A DNA stretch of 64,000 nt from an uncultured Planctomycetaceae bacterium (GCA_964536835.1 CAZIAZ010000003.1:6103-70102), one strand, 5' to 3'; positions 30,831-41,424 are shown, counted from the first letter of the stretch. Translations and numbers: made by a program. The notes: generated by a model from the sequence alone, not told the origin.

Positions 30831-33800
30831 TCAGTTTTTATTGCTCTGGCTGAGCAGGTTATAGCGGCCGCCGCCCAGGCGAGCTTCCGGTATGCCTTCC
30901 GGCCACAGCATCAACATGACCGTGACTGCATCTTCACCGGTTTCCCTGTTATCGTATGAGAAATCCACGCCGACGTTCCACCGCGGGAAGCGACGAACTA
31001 TCATGAAGCTTGTGCCGAGATTGTTTCCGTCGTCGAATTTGAAGTCATACTGTTCCATCGCACGTATGGAATACTTTTTGTTGATGACGTAATCAAATCC
31101 GACAGTGCCGACGGCGGCTTCGAGTTCCTGAATATATCGGAAACCGGCGAAGTAGCTCAGCCGCGGGTCTCGCTGTATGGCTATGCCGACGTTTGCGATA
31201 TCCAGCCGGCCTTCTTCTATGTCGTATTTGGCGTCAGCCATCAAAACCGTCCGGTCGGATATATTCCACGAATAATCGAATCCGACGTATCTGCGTGCTA
31301 TGGAATCTTCCGGCCTGTCGAAGTAGAAAGTTCCATTGCCTGGTGTGTATTCGGCATTTTTATCGAACCATGCGAAGTCGATGTTCAGCCTCATCCAGTC
31401 GACCGTTCGTTCCTGGCCTGGAGCGCCGCGTTTGGTTTCCAAACGCTGCTTCAACGACAGCAGTACGCCTGTGGTGTCGTTGATATTTTCGATGCCTTCG
31501 TCGAGCTGGTACAGGTCTTCCTGACTTGGGCCGCCGGCGGCACTGGTATAAAATACGACTTCAGGTGTTATGACGTGGCGCAGGCGGTTGACGTCGAACA
31601 GCCGGCTCTTGGCGTTGTTGTAGACCCGCCAGAACGACATGTTCGACCGCACGCCGGCCTGTATGTATGGCCGTGTGCCGCCGGATTCTGACGGCAGCGT
31701 GTCGCTCCAGCCCGTGACCCGGCCGACCAGGTACGGTGCTACGTTAAGAGGGCCGTAGGGCGTATCGACGCGCAACGGAAGCGAAACTTCCTGCCTCGTA
31801 TCGCCGCGGAACATCGTATTTGACGAATCCTGGTTGGCGTATTCGGCGCCGTCGCTGGTTGTCGGACTTTCGCTTGAATATGCCCAGCGTTTGCCGCCGA
31901 CGCGGTTTTCGCTATAAAAAGTCATGGTGTCGTCGAGTATCGGCTGGCCGATGAGGAATGCTGCGACTTCAGGCAGAGATTCCGTCTGACTGAGGAAATC
32001 GTTCAGCCTCGCATTGACCAGGCCCGTTATGGCCCAGTTGTCACGCTGCTTCTTGACGTAAACAAGGTTTTCCTGCTCTTTGCCGGTGTAATATTCGTCG
32101 GCGAAATATTCCTGCAGGTAGTTTGAGTCGCTCAGATAGCTGAACTCAGCCGAAATTTCCCAGTCTTTGGGCAGATATTCCTTGTGACGCATCAGGATAC
32201 GGCCGCGCATGTCGTGTTCGACCAACTGCTTGTTGTCCTGTCCGAATTCGTCATATTTGTTTGTGTCGTAAGTGCCGTAAAGAAGGCCATAACCGCTGAA
32301 CTGGCGATTGCCTTCCTGCTGGGCGTAATCGTAATCCACGCCGAGCACTGCGCCTTTTTCATAACCGCTTACTGTTAGCATGGCATCGAGCCATTTCGGC
32401 TTGACGATGCCCAGCAGGCGGAACAGAAACCACTTGGATTCCGCACCGAATCCCAGGTTGCCCTCATGGCCGACGGCTACGCTTCGCAGGGCTGTGTGTT
32501 CCTGTTCGAATGTGGACTGGCCCGGCGGCAGGAAGAATATCGGCACGCCGCGCACTTCAAACGTGCTGTTGTCATAATCTACTGCGTAACGGTTGGCGCT
32601 TAGCCTTTCGCCGTTGTCGTCATAGACCGTCTCGTCGCGGAATTTTACGTTCTTTGAATTAATGCTGTATTCAGGCGTTTTGAAGTCGCTGGTGGATACT
32701 ATGGCGTTGTTGAACGCTATTTCACGGGGGCCGAGCATGCGGGCTTCGGTTGCACGGATGTATATCGGTATGTTCCGCTGTTCCTGGATGGTGCGGAATA
32801 CCGGCTTGAGTACCAGTGCCTTCTGTTCTATGAAATCGTAATATGCGGTTTTGCCCATAAGCTTGCGTTCGCCGCGCGATATGATTACGTCGCCGTCGAG
32901 ATAAACGCCGGTGACGGTTTCATTGTCATTTACGCCTGCGCCTACCAGTTTTGGGGCATATGGAACTTTTTCGTCGGATTCAGGGCCTACAGCCTTTGTC
33001 TGCGTAAAAACCACAGCCGACTGCGCCTGGAGTTCGATATGCTGATAACTTTTCGGCGGCCCCTGGGAAATGTAAACGGGGCCCTTGGAAACGATGATTC
33101 TTTTATTGGGGTCTTCGGGGTCTTTGAGAACTTCGATTCCCTTGGTTGCTTCGAAGTTTACCGATGCCGGCGGAGTCGCTTCCTTGCCTTCCTTTACGCC
33201 GGCCATCTCCACGGAAATCGGCGACGGCTCGCCGCCCGTTGTCTGGCCAGCCTTTGATGCCGGTGCGGTTTCCGCCGCAAGTTTTGATGGTTTTTCACCC
33301 GTTACGGCCAGGGGGATTTCGGCAGCTTTTTCGGCATTTTGTTCCGTCCGTTCTGCGGCTGGCGTTTCATTCGCCTCCGGCTGAGCGGATTTACGTACCA
33401 CGAGCGATTTTTCTTCTATTTTCATGCCCTGGCTGCTTGCGCGTTTTTTGGCTGCAGCGAGCATCTGGAGTTCTTCAATACGGGTTTGGCGGGCCTTCCT
33501 GTAAAGGCCGGAATTCAGAAGCGATTTGTTCGACGTGACGGCTGTACTCTTGGCTGTTACAAGGCCTTCTATGTGTACGCGAACCAGCATCATTTCGTCG
33601 GTAGTGGACGAGTCGATGTCGTCAATTCTCGCATTGCCGTTGACGTAAATCGTTATGTCGTGTCGTGCGGCGGCGGTTTTGCCCAACGTGTTTATCCACA
33701 CAACTCCCTGGTTGCCGGAAATAACCCGTCGGCCCACTTCGAACCGGAAATCGCCATTTACGACGGCAACCTGCTCATTGCCGTCGGTAAAAAAGTTTAT

Positions 33801-33977
33801 CTGTCGGCCGTCTATAGTTGCGTCGTCCTGCAGATATTCATTGGCAACGGGGGCAGCTGCAAAAAGGCTGCCGAGCCCGACTCCCAGCGCGAAACAGAAA
33901 ACCGCACAGCGCTTCGCCAGCGTTGTAACTGTTGTCATGTTATCACTCGCTCTGTTAATTAAATTGGTACCTGGCAT
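30831..33977 (-). CDS. lptD: LptD-like LPS-assembly outer-membrane protein (OstA N-terminal domain plus large C-terminal beta-barrel), unusually long
   Basis: A signal peptide is followed by an OstA/LptA-like N-terminal beta-jellyroll (VVNGDFRFEVGRRVISGNQGVVWIN). A ~180-aa Ala/Glu/Lys-rich low-complexity insert precedes a long beta-rich C-terminus. Confidence 0.55.
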   Translation of the reverse strand: MPGTNLINRASDNMTTVTTLAKRCAVFCFALGVGLGSLFAAAPVANEYLQDDATIDGRQINFFTDGNEQVAVVNGDFRFEVGRRVISGNQGVVWINTLGKTAAARHDITIYVNGNARIDDIDSSTTDEMMLVRVHIEGLVTAKSTAVTSNKSLLNSGLYRKARQTRIEELQMLAAAKKRASSQGMKIEEKSLVVRKSAQPEANETPAAERTEQNAEKAAEIPLAVTGEKPSKLAAETAPASKAGQTTGGEPSPISVEMAGVKEGKEATPPASVNFEATKGIEVLKDPEDPNKRIIVSKGPVYISQGPPKSYQHIELQAQSAVVFTQTKAVGPESDEKVPYAPKLVGAGVNDNETVTGVYLDGDVIISRGERKLMGKTAYYDFIEQKALVLKPVFRTIQEQRNIPIYIRATEARMLGPREIAFNNAIVSTSDFKTPEYSINSKNVKFRDETVYDDNGERLSANRYAVDYDNSTFEVRGVPIFFLPPGQSTFEQEHTALRSVAVGHEGNLGFGAESKWFLFRLLGIVKPKWLDAMLTVSGYEKGAVLGVDYDYAQQEGNRQFSGYGLLYGTYDTNKYDEFGQDNKQLVEHDMRGRILMRHKEYLPKDWEISAEFSYLSDSNYLQEYFADEYYTGKEQENLVYVKKQRDNWAITGLVNARLNDFLSQTESLPEVAAFLIGQPILDDTMTFYSENRVGGKRWAYSSESPTTSDGAEYANQDSSNTMFRGDTRQEVSLPLRVDTPYGPLNVAPYLVGRVTGWSDTLPSESGGTRPYIQAGVRSNMSFWRVYNNAKSRLFDVNRLRHVITPEVVFYTSAAGGPSQEDLYQLDEGIENINDTTGVLLSLKQRLETKRGAPGQERTVDWMRLNIDFAWFDKNAEYTPGNGTFYFDRPEDSIARRYVGFDYSWNISDRTVLMADAKYDIEEGRLDIANVGIAIQRDPRLSYFAGFRYIQELEAAVGTVGFDYVINKKYSIRAMEQYDFKFDDGNNLGTSFMIVRRFPRWNVGVDFSYDNRETGEDAVTVMLMLWPEGIPEARLGGGRYNLLSQSNKN

Positions 33978-34122
33978 TAACTACAATAACGAACATGGTA
34001 TCTTAACTTATGAGAAAGGCCAAGTAAATTCAAAAAACCGACGCCGGCCAACTTTTCCACACCCCAATAAAACACTAACAGAAGGTGTCGTCGTAAAAAT
34101 TATCAACAGGCATGGAAGCTGA

Positions 34123-35484
34123 TTAATCTTCATGGCCCGTCATAGCGGAAAGCTCACTGATTACGTAGCGGTATTTGCCCGATTTCGGAAGAGGGATGTC
34201 TTTGCAATATTCCACGGCGGCAATGCCGTCCGGGCCGAGGCGTTCGAGCATTTTTCGGCGGATTCTTTCGCCGGCGTCCCGGCTGAACTGTTCGTCGGTC
34301 ACGAGCATGATTTTTACGCTTCCGTCAGCCGCCTGCCGTACCTGGAATTTTACGACGCCTGGTTCGACTCTTATCATTGCGTGTACGGCTGAGCTGTGGA
34401 TTCGTCTGCCGTGCGGCGTTATTAGGAAGTCGTTGCATCTGCCCTGCACGACCTGCATGAGTTCCAGGCCGCGGCCGCAGCGGCATACGCCGGCTCGTAG
34501 CTGGCCGACGTCTTCCGTGCGATAGCGGATGAACGGCATGGCGTAATTGTCGAGCTGCGTTACGACTATTTCGCCGTCCTCGCCGGCAGTTGCAGCAGTG
34601 CCGTCGTTTCGCAAAATTTCCACAATCACGTTTTCACTCGTTATATGCATGCCGCCGTATGGGCATTGATGTGCGATAAATCCGGCTTCACGGCTGCCGT
34701 AGCCGTCGGCTACCGGCACGCCGCCGAAGGCGCGGCTGATAACTTCGCGCTGGTGTTCATATAAAACCTCAGCCGTCGAAAAAACGACTTTTACGCCGAT
34801 ATCGTCCAGCCGCAAACCAGCCCCTTCCGCCAGCATGCAAAGCAGATGCATCGAACTTGGATAGCCGAACACGCACGATGGCCTGAACCGCTTGAGTTTC
34901 TGAACGTATGCCGCGATGTTCTCTTCGCACAAATCGTAAGCCGCAAACAGCCGTTCGTTTATCAGCCAGTCCCGGAAATGTTTTAAACGGTCATTGCGGG
35001 AAAGTTCGATGGGTGAGTTCCACACGTAGGCTTCCCGCATGCCGTGGGAAATGCCGAACCATTCATGGCTGCGGATGCGGGCTGCTTTGTCCCAGGCCTG
35101 GCGGCGCCTGTCCATGTAAAAAATCAGCGGATAGCCCGACGACCCGCCGGTGCTCGATTTTATCACTCCGCCGCGAACGGTGCGATTCGTCAACTCCTCT
35201 CGATGCGAATTGAGCGTGAGCTTGTCCATGAGCGGCAGACGGCGGATGTCGTCCAGTGATGCGGGCCGCCACGATTTGTCCACGCCGGCGAATTTTGCAT
35301 AATATTCCGTATGTTCCAGCGCTGCGCCGACAAGCGAGCGGAGTTTTTCGAGCTGAATGTCACGAAGCTTCTGCGTCGTTAGCCATTGCGTTTTTTCCAT
35401 CTGCCGCGCAATACCGAACGTATTACGCCTCAGCGAGAATTCGAGAAGCGGCGATATGACTCTGCCGGCGATGAACGGTGTCAT
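34123..35484 (-). CDS. Phenylacetate-CoA ligase-like adenylate-forming enzyme (PaaK/CapK/F390-synthetase family)
   Basis: A 453-aa ORF with an SSGTTG-like motif (SSTGGSSGYP). It is the last gene of the polysaccharide operon, and its start overlaps the upstream GT gene by 4 nt. Confidence 0.7.
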   Translation of the reverse strand: MTPFIAGRVISPLLEFSLRRNTFGIARQMEKTQWLTTQKLRDIQLEKLRSLVGAALEHTEYYAKFAGVDKSWRPASLDDIRRLPLMDKLTLNSHREELTNRTVRGGVIKSSTGGSSGYPLIFYMDRRRQAWDKAARIRSHEWFGISHGMREAYVWNSPIELSRNDRLKHFRDWLINERLFAAYDLCEENIAAYVQKLKRFRPSCVFGYPSSMHLLCMLAEGAGLRLDDIGVKVVFSTAEVLYEHQREVISRAFGGVPVADGYGSREAGFIAHQCPYGGMHITSENVIVEILRNDGTAATAGEDGEIVVTQLDNYAMPFIRYRTEDVGQLRAGVCRCGRGLELMQVVQGRCNDFLITPHGRRIHSSAVHAMIRVEPGVVKFQVRQAADGSVKIMLVTDEQFSRDAGERIRRKMLERLGPDGIAAVEYCKDIPLPKSGKYRYVISELSAMTGHED

Positions 35485-37715
35485 TTTCCGGCTCCGAGCA
35501 GATTGTCGTATATTTTTATAAGGTCGTTCGTGACGACTTCGACCGAATATCTTTCAGCGACCCGTTGTCTGGCGCTGTTGGCCATATTTCGTCGCATTGC
35601 GGTGTCCTGCGAGAGTTTCAACATCGCTGCGGCGAGCGCGTTTACGTCGCCAGGCGCAACAAGGAGGCCGTCCGTGCCGTTACGCACTACCGACGGTATA
35701 TCGCCGACTGCCGTGGTGACGACGACGAGGCCGGCAGCCATGGCTTCGAGTATGGCCATTGGCTGGGCTTCGTTGTAACTCGGCAGGACGAAACCTTCAG
35801 CCGTCGTTATCGCTTCATATTTCGGATTGCCGCTGAGCAGGCCGGTGAGTGTCGCCTGTTTTTGAATGCCGAGTTCGTCAATCATATTCTGCAACTGTTT
35901 CATCTGGCCCTGTTGCGTTTCAATGCCGGCGATGTTTGCGCAGAGCGCGTTGCCGCCGTCGCGGGTGACGGCTAGTGCTTTTATAAGGTCGGCTGCACCT
36001 TTTCGGCGGCTGTAATTGCCCAGGAAAAGGAATTTCCCGCTGCCGCCGTCTGCGGTTTTTTCTGGGATTTTTACCCCGTTATGCACGACCAGCCATTTGA
36101 TGTTTTCGTCCGGCTGCAAGGCTGAATATTTCGACCTGAGCGTTTCGCCTAGCGTTATTACGCCGTCGGCGCGGCTGAGAATTTTTCCGGCTCGTCGCTT
36201 CATCATCCAGCCGAGTTCGCCCATAAACGAATCGAATCTTGCGCCGTGGATATGCAACAGAACTTTTGCGCCTGCTTGGCCGGCTGCCGCCGCCAGCCAC
36301 GCATCGCGCCAAAAGCTCATGCCGCTGCACGTGTGAATGTGACAGATGCAATTCTCCATCCGCCGTATATTTTTCAACATCTGCCGCCTGAGATTCCTTT
36401 GTGCGGCGAGGCCTCTGAAAATGGAACGATGCTGCGGCGTAAGTTTGCCGCTGTTTATGCCTCGCACGGTCATGCGATGTTCAAGCCCCTCGATGAGGGA
36501 TTCCGACACGCTTGTCATGCCGCCTTCGAGCGGCAGTGCCGGACTGACCATGACCACCCCATATTCGCAGTGTCGCGATATTTTCTGAAAATAGTCCATG
36601 TATGCACGCGTCATTACGGATGACGAATATTTTTCGAGCACTTTGCGTCTGCCGGCGAGGCCGACTTTTCGTCGCAGTTCCGAATCGACGCACATCAGTT
36701 CGATTGAGGCGGCGAGCATTTCCGGCTTAGCCGGCGGACAGAGCAGGCCGCAGTCGTCGCCGATTACCCGTGAAATGCCGCCGACGGCCGTCGCCACCGA
36801 AGGCAGGCCGGCAGACATGGCCTCCAGCAGAACCATCGGCAGACCTTCGCTGCGGCTGGACATGACAAATACGTCTGCCGCCGAATAATACGTGTCGATG
36901 TCCGCTTTCCCACCGACGAATTTCACCGTCTGGCCTAGGTTGGCATCGGCGAGCATGGCCTGCAACTGGCTGTAATACTTCTCATCCGCGATATTGCCTG
37001 CAACGATGAAACGTAATTTTTTTGGCAGATTTCGGCGGCTGAGGATTTGGGCTGCGGCGATGAGATCTTCGTAACCCTTTTCCGGTTTCACGTTACCGAC
37101 CGACAGCAGCATCATGTCGTCATTGTCTATGCCGAGTTCTTTTCTGAGGGCTGCGCCGCCGTCCCTGTTCACCCTTGCCGGTTCAATACCGTTTTCGATT
37201 ATTTTGACAATCGGCCGCAGTTGCAGGAGTTTCACATACGCACCGGCAACATCTCTGGAAACCGCAGTTACGCCGTCTACCTGCCGGCTGGCCCATAATT
37301 CATCGAATCTCGCGTGATTGCGGCCGCCAAGAAGGCCGTGACACGTCATTATTAACCGGCCGGCAAGCCCTTTGTTGGCCGCGCTGACGTAAACCAGCGA
37401 AGCTCGGTCATGTACGTTTATTACGTCGGGCCTGAAATTTTTCAGAAAACGCCTTATTCGAAGAATTGCGCGCATATCGAACCTGCGGCTGGAATCGATT
37501 TCCACGACGCATATGCCGCGGCTGGCGAGTTCCAGCCCCAGCGTGCCTGTGCGGCGAAGCGTGATGACCGCCACTTCACAGCCGCTGGCGGCCAGCCCCG
37601 ATGCCAGAAGAGCCACGACCCTCTCCTTGCCGCCTGAACACAATGTATCCACGACTAGAACCGCGCGAAGCGCGGCTTGCGAGCCGTCAGGCCGGCAGCG
37701 GATAAAGTCCGACAT
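35481..37715 (-). CDS. Tandem (fused) GT4 glycosyltransferase with two GT-B modules
   Basis: A 744-aa ORF. Both halves carry GT4 C-terminal motifs (SRSEGLPMVLLEAMSAGLP and PSYNEAQPMAILEAMAAGLVVV). The exact start is uncertain because it overlaps the upstream gene. Confidence 0.7.
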   Translation of the reverse strand: MSDFIRCRPDGSQAALRAVLVVDTLCSGGKERVVALLASGLAASGCEVAVITLRRTGTLGLELASRGICVVEIDSSRRFDMRAILRIRRFLKNFRPDVINVHDRASLVYVSAANKGLAGRLIMTCHGLLGGRNHARFDELWASRQVDGVTAVSRDVAGAYVKLLQLRPIVKIIENGIEPARVNRDGGAALRKELGIDNDDMMLLSVGNVKPEKGYEDLIAAAQILSRRNLPKKLRFIVAGNIADEKYYSQLQAMLADANLGQTVKFVGGKADIDTYYSAADVFVMSSRSEGLPMVLLEAMSAGLPSVATAVGGISRVIGDDCGLLCPPAKPEMLAASIELMCVDSELRRKVGLAGRRKVLEKYSSSVMTRAYMDYFQKISRHCEYGVVMVSPALPLEGGMTSVSESLIEGLEHRMTVRGINSGKLTPQHRSIFRGLAAQRNLRRQMLKNIRRMENCICHIHTCSGMSFWRDAWLAAAAGQAGAKVLLHIHGARFDSFMGELGWMMKRRAGKILSRADGVITLGETLRSKYSALQPDENIKWLVVHNGVKIPEKTADGGSGKFLFLGNYSRRKGAADLIKALAVTRDGGNALCANIAGIETQQGQMKQLQNMIDELGIQKQATLTGLLSGNPKYEAITTAEGFVLPSYNEAQPMAILEAMAAGLVVVTTAVGDIPSVVRNGTDGLLVAPGDVNALAAAMLKLSQDTAMRRNMANSARQRVAERYSVEVVTNDLIKIYDNLLGAGK

Positions 37716-39096
37716 TTTTCTTCTCCTTTTGTCTCATATCGCCCGTAGAAAGCGGATTCGCCGCCAGCGACAGTTCATTTTGCGTGACCCACCACAATGC
37801 CGTCGTCAGGACGCATATGGCGTAAACGTATTCGAAGCCGACCTGGCTGAGAAATGTGGCGCCGACGCAAAATGCGGCGACGGTGGCTTCTATCATTGCG
37901 GCGTAATGCCACGCCCAGCTGTTTTTGCCGTCCGGCAGACCCTTTTCCGTGAGTTTTCGTATCTTTCGCGTCATCAACAGTACGGATGTAAGCATCATTA
38001 CATAGAAAAACAGTCCTACGTAACCCGACCCTGCCATGGTGGTGAACCACACGCTGTGGGCTACGTGCGGATGGTCTTCTTCGTGAACCTGGTATTTGGG
38101 ATACTGTTTGATGAAAGGCGTCTGGCCGAGGCCTATGCCGAAGAGCGGATTTCTGTCAGCCATCTTTCTGGCGACCTGCCACGCCCATATGCGGCCCATA
38201 GCCGATTCATCCTGTTTGTACGACTTGATAGTCATATACCGCTCCAGCGTAGCCTGCGGTATTATCACGAGTGCTATCACCCCCAGCACGAGTGTGCCGA
38301 GAATCATTTTGATAAAGCCGAATTTTCGCCATAGCGTGATGGCGACGGCTATGCTCATGGCCAGCATGCCGCCGCGGCTTGCGCCGGAAATAATCGCCGG
38401 TATCGCCAGCAGTGCGGTGATTTTCAACCCTCGGCTGGCCCACTTGTGCTGAACTTCATACGATGCGAAAAGCAGCATCGGTATGCCCATCGCGATGAAA
38501 AGAGCCGTGTCGTTGTTGTCCATGCCCAGCGGGCCGCCGTTATGCGTTACGCCGCCGCCGCGAAGAAGAAACAGGCCCAGCCGGATGGCGTATATGCCCG
38601 GACACATCGCCAGAAGAATGACCATCTGCTTTAACTGCTCCTTTGTGCGGACAAGGCCGGTAATGAGCATCAGGGCGATGGCGATTTTCGTGAATTTCAG
38701 GACGAATTCCATTGCGGCTTGGCGGTTGGGCGAGAGATAACCGCATATCGTCATCCATATCCAGAACAGCAGAAACCACACAGCCGGCCCCTTGGGCCGC
38801 CACCACGGCAGAGGCGTTGTGAGCGTTCGCACAAGCATGCAGACCGCCGTGGCGAGCACGAAACGGTTTTCCTGTACCGATGAAGACCATACGAGCGACT
38901 GAGGTTTCATGAGGCTCAGCCAGCAATACGCCAGCAGCCCGTAATACGCATCCATCAGCGCAACAGGTATGCAACCCCAGCCAAGAAGTGTCATGAGTAT
39001 GTCGCGTATACCCATTTTTAAAATCCGCAAAGAAAATTCATTATTCCGTTTCAGAAATCCATACCGGCCAGGCCGGCGGAATCTACTGGCCTTCAT
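37687..39096 (-). CDS. O-antigen ligase / Wzy-like polymerase-family integral membrane protein
   Basis: The protein has about 10 predicted TM helices and a periplasmic loop of the WaaL/Wzy type. The start is probably internal (MGIRDIL...). Confidence 0.6.
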   Translation of the reverse strand: MKASRFRRPGRYGFLKRNNEFSLRILKMGIRDILMTLLGWGCIPVALMDAYYGLLAYCWLSLMKPQSLVWSSSVQENRFVLATAVCMLVRTLTTPLPWWRPKGPAVWFLLFWIWMTICGYLSPNRQAAMEFVLKFTKIAIALMLITGLVRTKEQLKQMVILLAMCPGIYAIRLGLFLLRGGGVTHNGGPLGMDNNDTALFIAMGIPMLLFASYEVQHKWASRGLKITALLAIPAIISGASRGGMLAMSIAVAITLWRKFGFIKMILGTLVLGVIALVIIPQATLERYMTIKSYKQDESAMGRIWAWQVARKMADRNPLFGIGLGQTPFIKQYPKYQVHEEDHPHVAHSVWFTTMAGSGYVGLFFYVMMLTSVLLMTRKIRKLTEKGLPDGKNSWAWHYAAMIEATVAAFCVGATFLSQVGFEYVYAICVLTTALWWVTQNELSLAANPLSTGDMRQKEKKNVGLYPLPA

Positions 39097-40264
39097 CCAG
39101 CAGGGCTGAGTATTTTTCTGGACATACCGCCTCCCTCAGCCGTGCCGCCACCATATGCCAGTTAAACGCTCTGCTTGCAAGCAGAGCTCTCGCCGACAGC
39201 TTCTGCCTGAGTGTGTCATTATACAGCAACTCCAGTATCGCCTGCGAGAGTTCTTTGGGATTTTCCCGCACTAATATGTCTTCGCCGTCTCTTACGTCAA
39301 TGCCTTCGACGGCCATGGGCGTCGCCGCCACAGCCGTGCCGCTGGCCCATGCCTCCAGGAGTTTGTTCTTTATTCCAGTGCCGGAGACCATCGGCAGACA
39401 TACCGCGTCGGCAGACCATAAAAAAGGTCTGACGTCGTCGACCGTGCCGGTTACCTGTACGTTGTAACCGTCTAACGCTAGTACATCTTCAACAGGATTT
39501 GCGCCTACGAGCTGTATCTGTACTTCGGGACATTTTTCGACAATGTACGGCAATATTTTTTTCACCAGGTATTCCGCAGCGAGGATATTGTTGATATTGT
39601 CCATTACGCCCAGAAACACCACTTTCGGCCGGCTTGGGGATTTTACGTATCCTGAGGGCCGTGCAAAATATTCAGCATCCACACCGTTCGACGAGACCAT
39701 GACCTCCGTCGCAGGGTTGCGCTCCTTGAAACTTGTGGCGTCATAATCCGAAACCAGTGTGAACATGTCAATCTTTTCGAGGAACATCTGTTCGTATCGC
39801 GGATAACGGGCGATGAAATTGACCTGTTGGAAAAATCGCTTGACGTTCATGCTGGTTATGTTCCGGCGGCGATATTCCAGAATCGGGTCGTCTATGAGGT
39901 CAGCCAGGACGTAGGGTGATTTTCTGGCTTCAGGTGAATATTGCAGAGTGCCCGGCCCGGCCAGCACTGTTACGTCGTAATACGGCGAATGGAAATCGAC
40001 AGCCTTGGCCAATGACTGTTCGAATATGAAAGGACTCATCATATAACGGCCGGGGCCTTTATCTTTCCGCTGACTGGAGTCAGTTGGGAGAAAAATCGCG
40101 CCGCTCTGTTCGAACATGCCGGCGAATTCCGTCTCAGGCGGAAAACTCGTCACCGCCACGGTATCGCCGAGTTGACATAACTCTTTTGCGATATTGAACA
40201 ATCTCAGCCACAGGCCGTTCGCAAGAGGCCATGGATACCGTGTTGTAACAAACATCCAACGCAT
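39083..40264 (-). CDS. GT4 glycosyltransferase
   Basis: A GT-B fold with a C-terminal EX7E-like region. The N-terminus is RWMFVTTRYPWPLANG. Confidence 0.75.
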   Translation of the reverse strand: MRWMFVTTRYPWPLANGLWLRLFNIAKELCQLGDTVAVTSFPPETEFAGMFEQSGAIFLPTDSSQRKDKGPGRYMMSPFIFEQSLAKAVDFHSPYYDVTVLAGPGTLQYSPEARKSPYVLADLIDDPILEYRRRNITSMNVKRFFQQVNFIARYPRYEQMFLEKIDMFTLVSDYDATSFKERNPATEVMVSSNGVDAEYFARPSGYVKSPSRPKVVFLGVMDNINNILAAEYLVKKILPYIVEKCPEVQIQLVGANPVEDVLALDGYNVQVTGTVDDVRPFLWSADAVCLPMVSGTGIKNKLLEAWASGTAVAATPMAVEGIDVRDGEDILVRENPKELSQAILELLYNDTLRQKLSARALLASRAFNWHMVAARLREAVCPEKYSALLDEGQ

Positions 40265-40275
40265 ATAGAATCAAC

Positions 40276-41424
40276 CTATTGCAGACGGTTCTGTTTTCTG
40301 CCGCACCTGTCCATGACACGGCCGGCTGTTTCTATTATCATGCCACTGTCTATGACGTCCATGCAGTTGGGCTTGATATCGCACGTGCGTCTGTAACACG
40401 GGCCGCATGGATGTGTGGAAACAATTTTTTCGCCGAGGCCGTAAAGTTCTATCTCCTGGGGGCACGTCGGGCCGAAGAGAACCACCAGCGGTATCCGGCG
40501 GGCAATTGCCACGTGCATGGCCAGCGTATCGCCGGTTATCAGCATGTCGCAACAGCTTATCAGTGCGACGAATTGTTTTTCTGAATTGTCGGATTGCGTT
40601 CTGAAGGCTTTGCCGCCCAGATGGTCGGCTATCCATTCCTTGTCCGTCTCTTCATCCGGGCCGCCCAGCAGGACTACCTGCCAGCCGATGTTTATCATGC
40701 GCCTGGCGATTTCGACCCACTTTTCCCGCGACGGAGCCTTGTTCGCGAATGTGCGGGATGAGCCCACGTTAAGCGCAATGACCGGCATGCCCGTGGTGCG
40801 GACAGTTACGAGCGTCTCGCGAGCCTGCCGTACGTCCTCTTCGCTGCAATACAGTTCATAAGGCGTATGGTCGTAATCAAGGCCGATGGCTTCATGTATG
40901 AGCTGAGGGTAGCTTTTGACGTTTTTGCGGAATTTAAGGTCGTCATCCACGCCGAGGCGGAAATAATATTCAGCCTCCTTGTTGGCGTATGTGGCCGTGC
41001 CGTACTCGCCTAGTATCATGCCGCGTTTGTCAGGCGAGTTGAGGGCATTGCAGAGGGCGGCTGGCTGGCGTTCTTTGTCGAGTGATAAAACCATGTCGAA
41101 TTTTTCGTAAAAAAGCGGAAACACGTTTTCGGCGTTGAACTCGAACAGACGGTCTATCATCGGATGGCCCTGGAGTATGCGTACGCCGTTGTCGCGGGAA
41201 ACCCATGTTATCTGAGAGTCAGGATATTTTTTTCTGAGCGTCGGCAGAAGACATGCCGTGCGAACCACGTCGCCCAGTGCGCCCAGCTTGATAATCAGTA
41301 TGCGTCTGCCGACCGGAGCGTAATGTTCGCAAGTGCAGACGGTTCGGAACTTGCAGGGCCTGTCGCCTATGAAATGCCGGCAATCGAATCTCAATTTATT
41401 TTTATCTGTCATCAATACTCGCAA
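40276..41424 (-). CDS. GT9 heptosyltransferase-family glycosyltransferase with an N-terminal Cys-rich extension
   Basis: The core ILIIKLGALGDVV...GPTCP is GT9 (ADP-heptose:LPS heptosyltransferase-like). The N-terminus is CRHFIGDRPCKFRTVCTCEHY. Confidence 0.7.
   Translation of the reverse strand: MRVLMTDKNKLRFDCRHFIGDRPCKFRTVCTCEHYAPVGRRILIIKLGALGDVVRTACLLPTLRKKYPDSQITWVSRDNGVRILQGHPMIDRLFEFNAENVFPLFYEKFDMVLSLDKERQPAALCNALNSPDKRGMILGEYGTATYANKEAEYYFRLGVDDDLKFRKNVKSYPQLIHEAIGLDYDHTPYELYCSEEDVRQARETLVTVRTTGMPVIALNVGSSRTFANKAPSREKWVEIARRMINIGWQVVLLGGPDEETDKEWIADHLGGKAFRTQSDNSEKQFVALISCCDMLITGDTLAMHVAIARRIPLVVLFGPTCPQEIELYGLGEKIVSTHPCGPCYRRTCDIKPNCMDVIDSGMIIETAGRVMDRCGRKQNRLQ

Noticed and set aside
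30507-30959. 150-aa + strand ORF spanning the family-B repeats and the 3' end of lptD
   Set aside because: It runs through repeat or palindromic DNA and overlaps the lptD stop. This is spurious.
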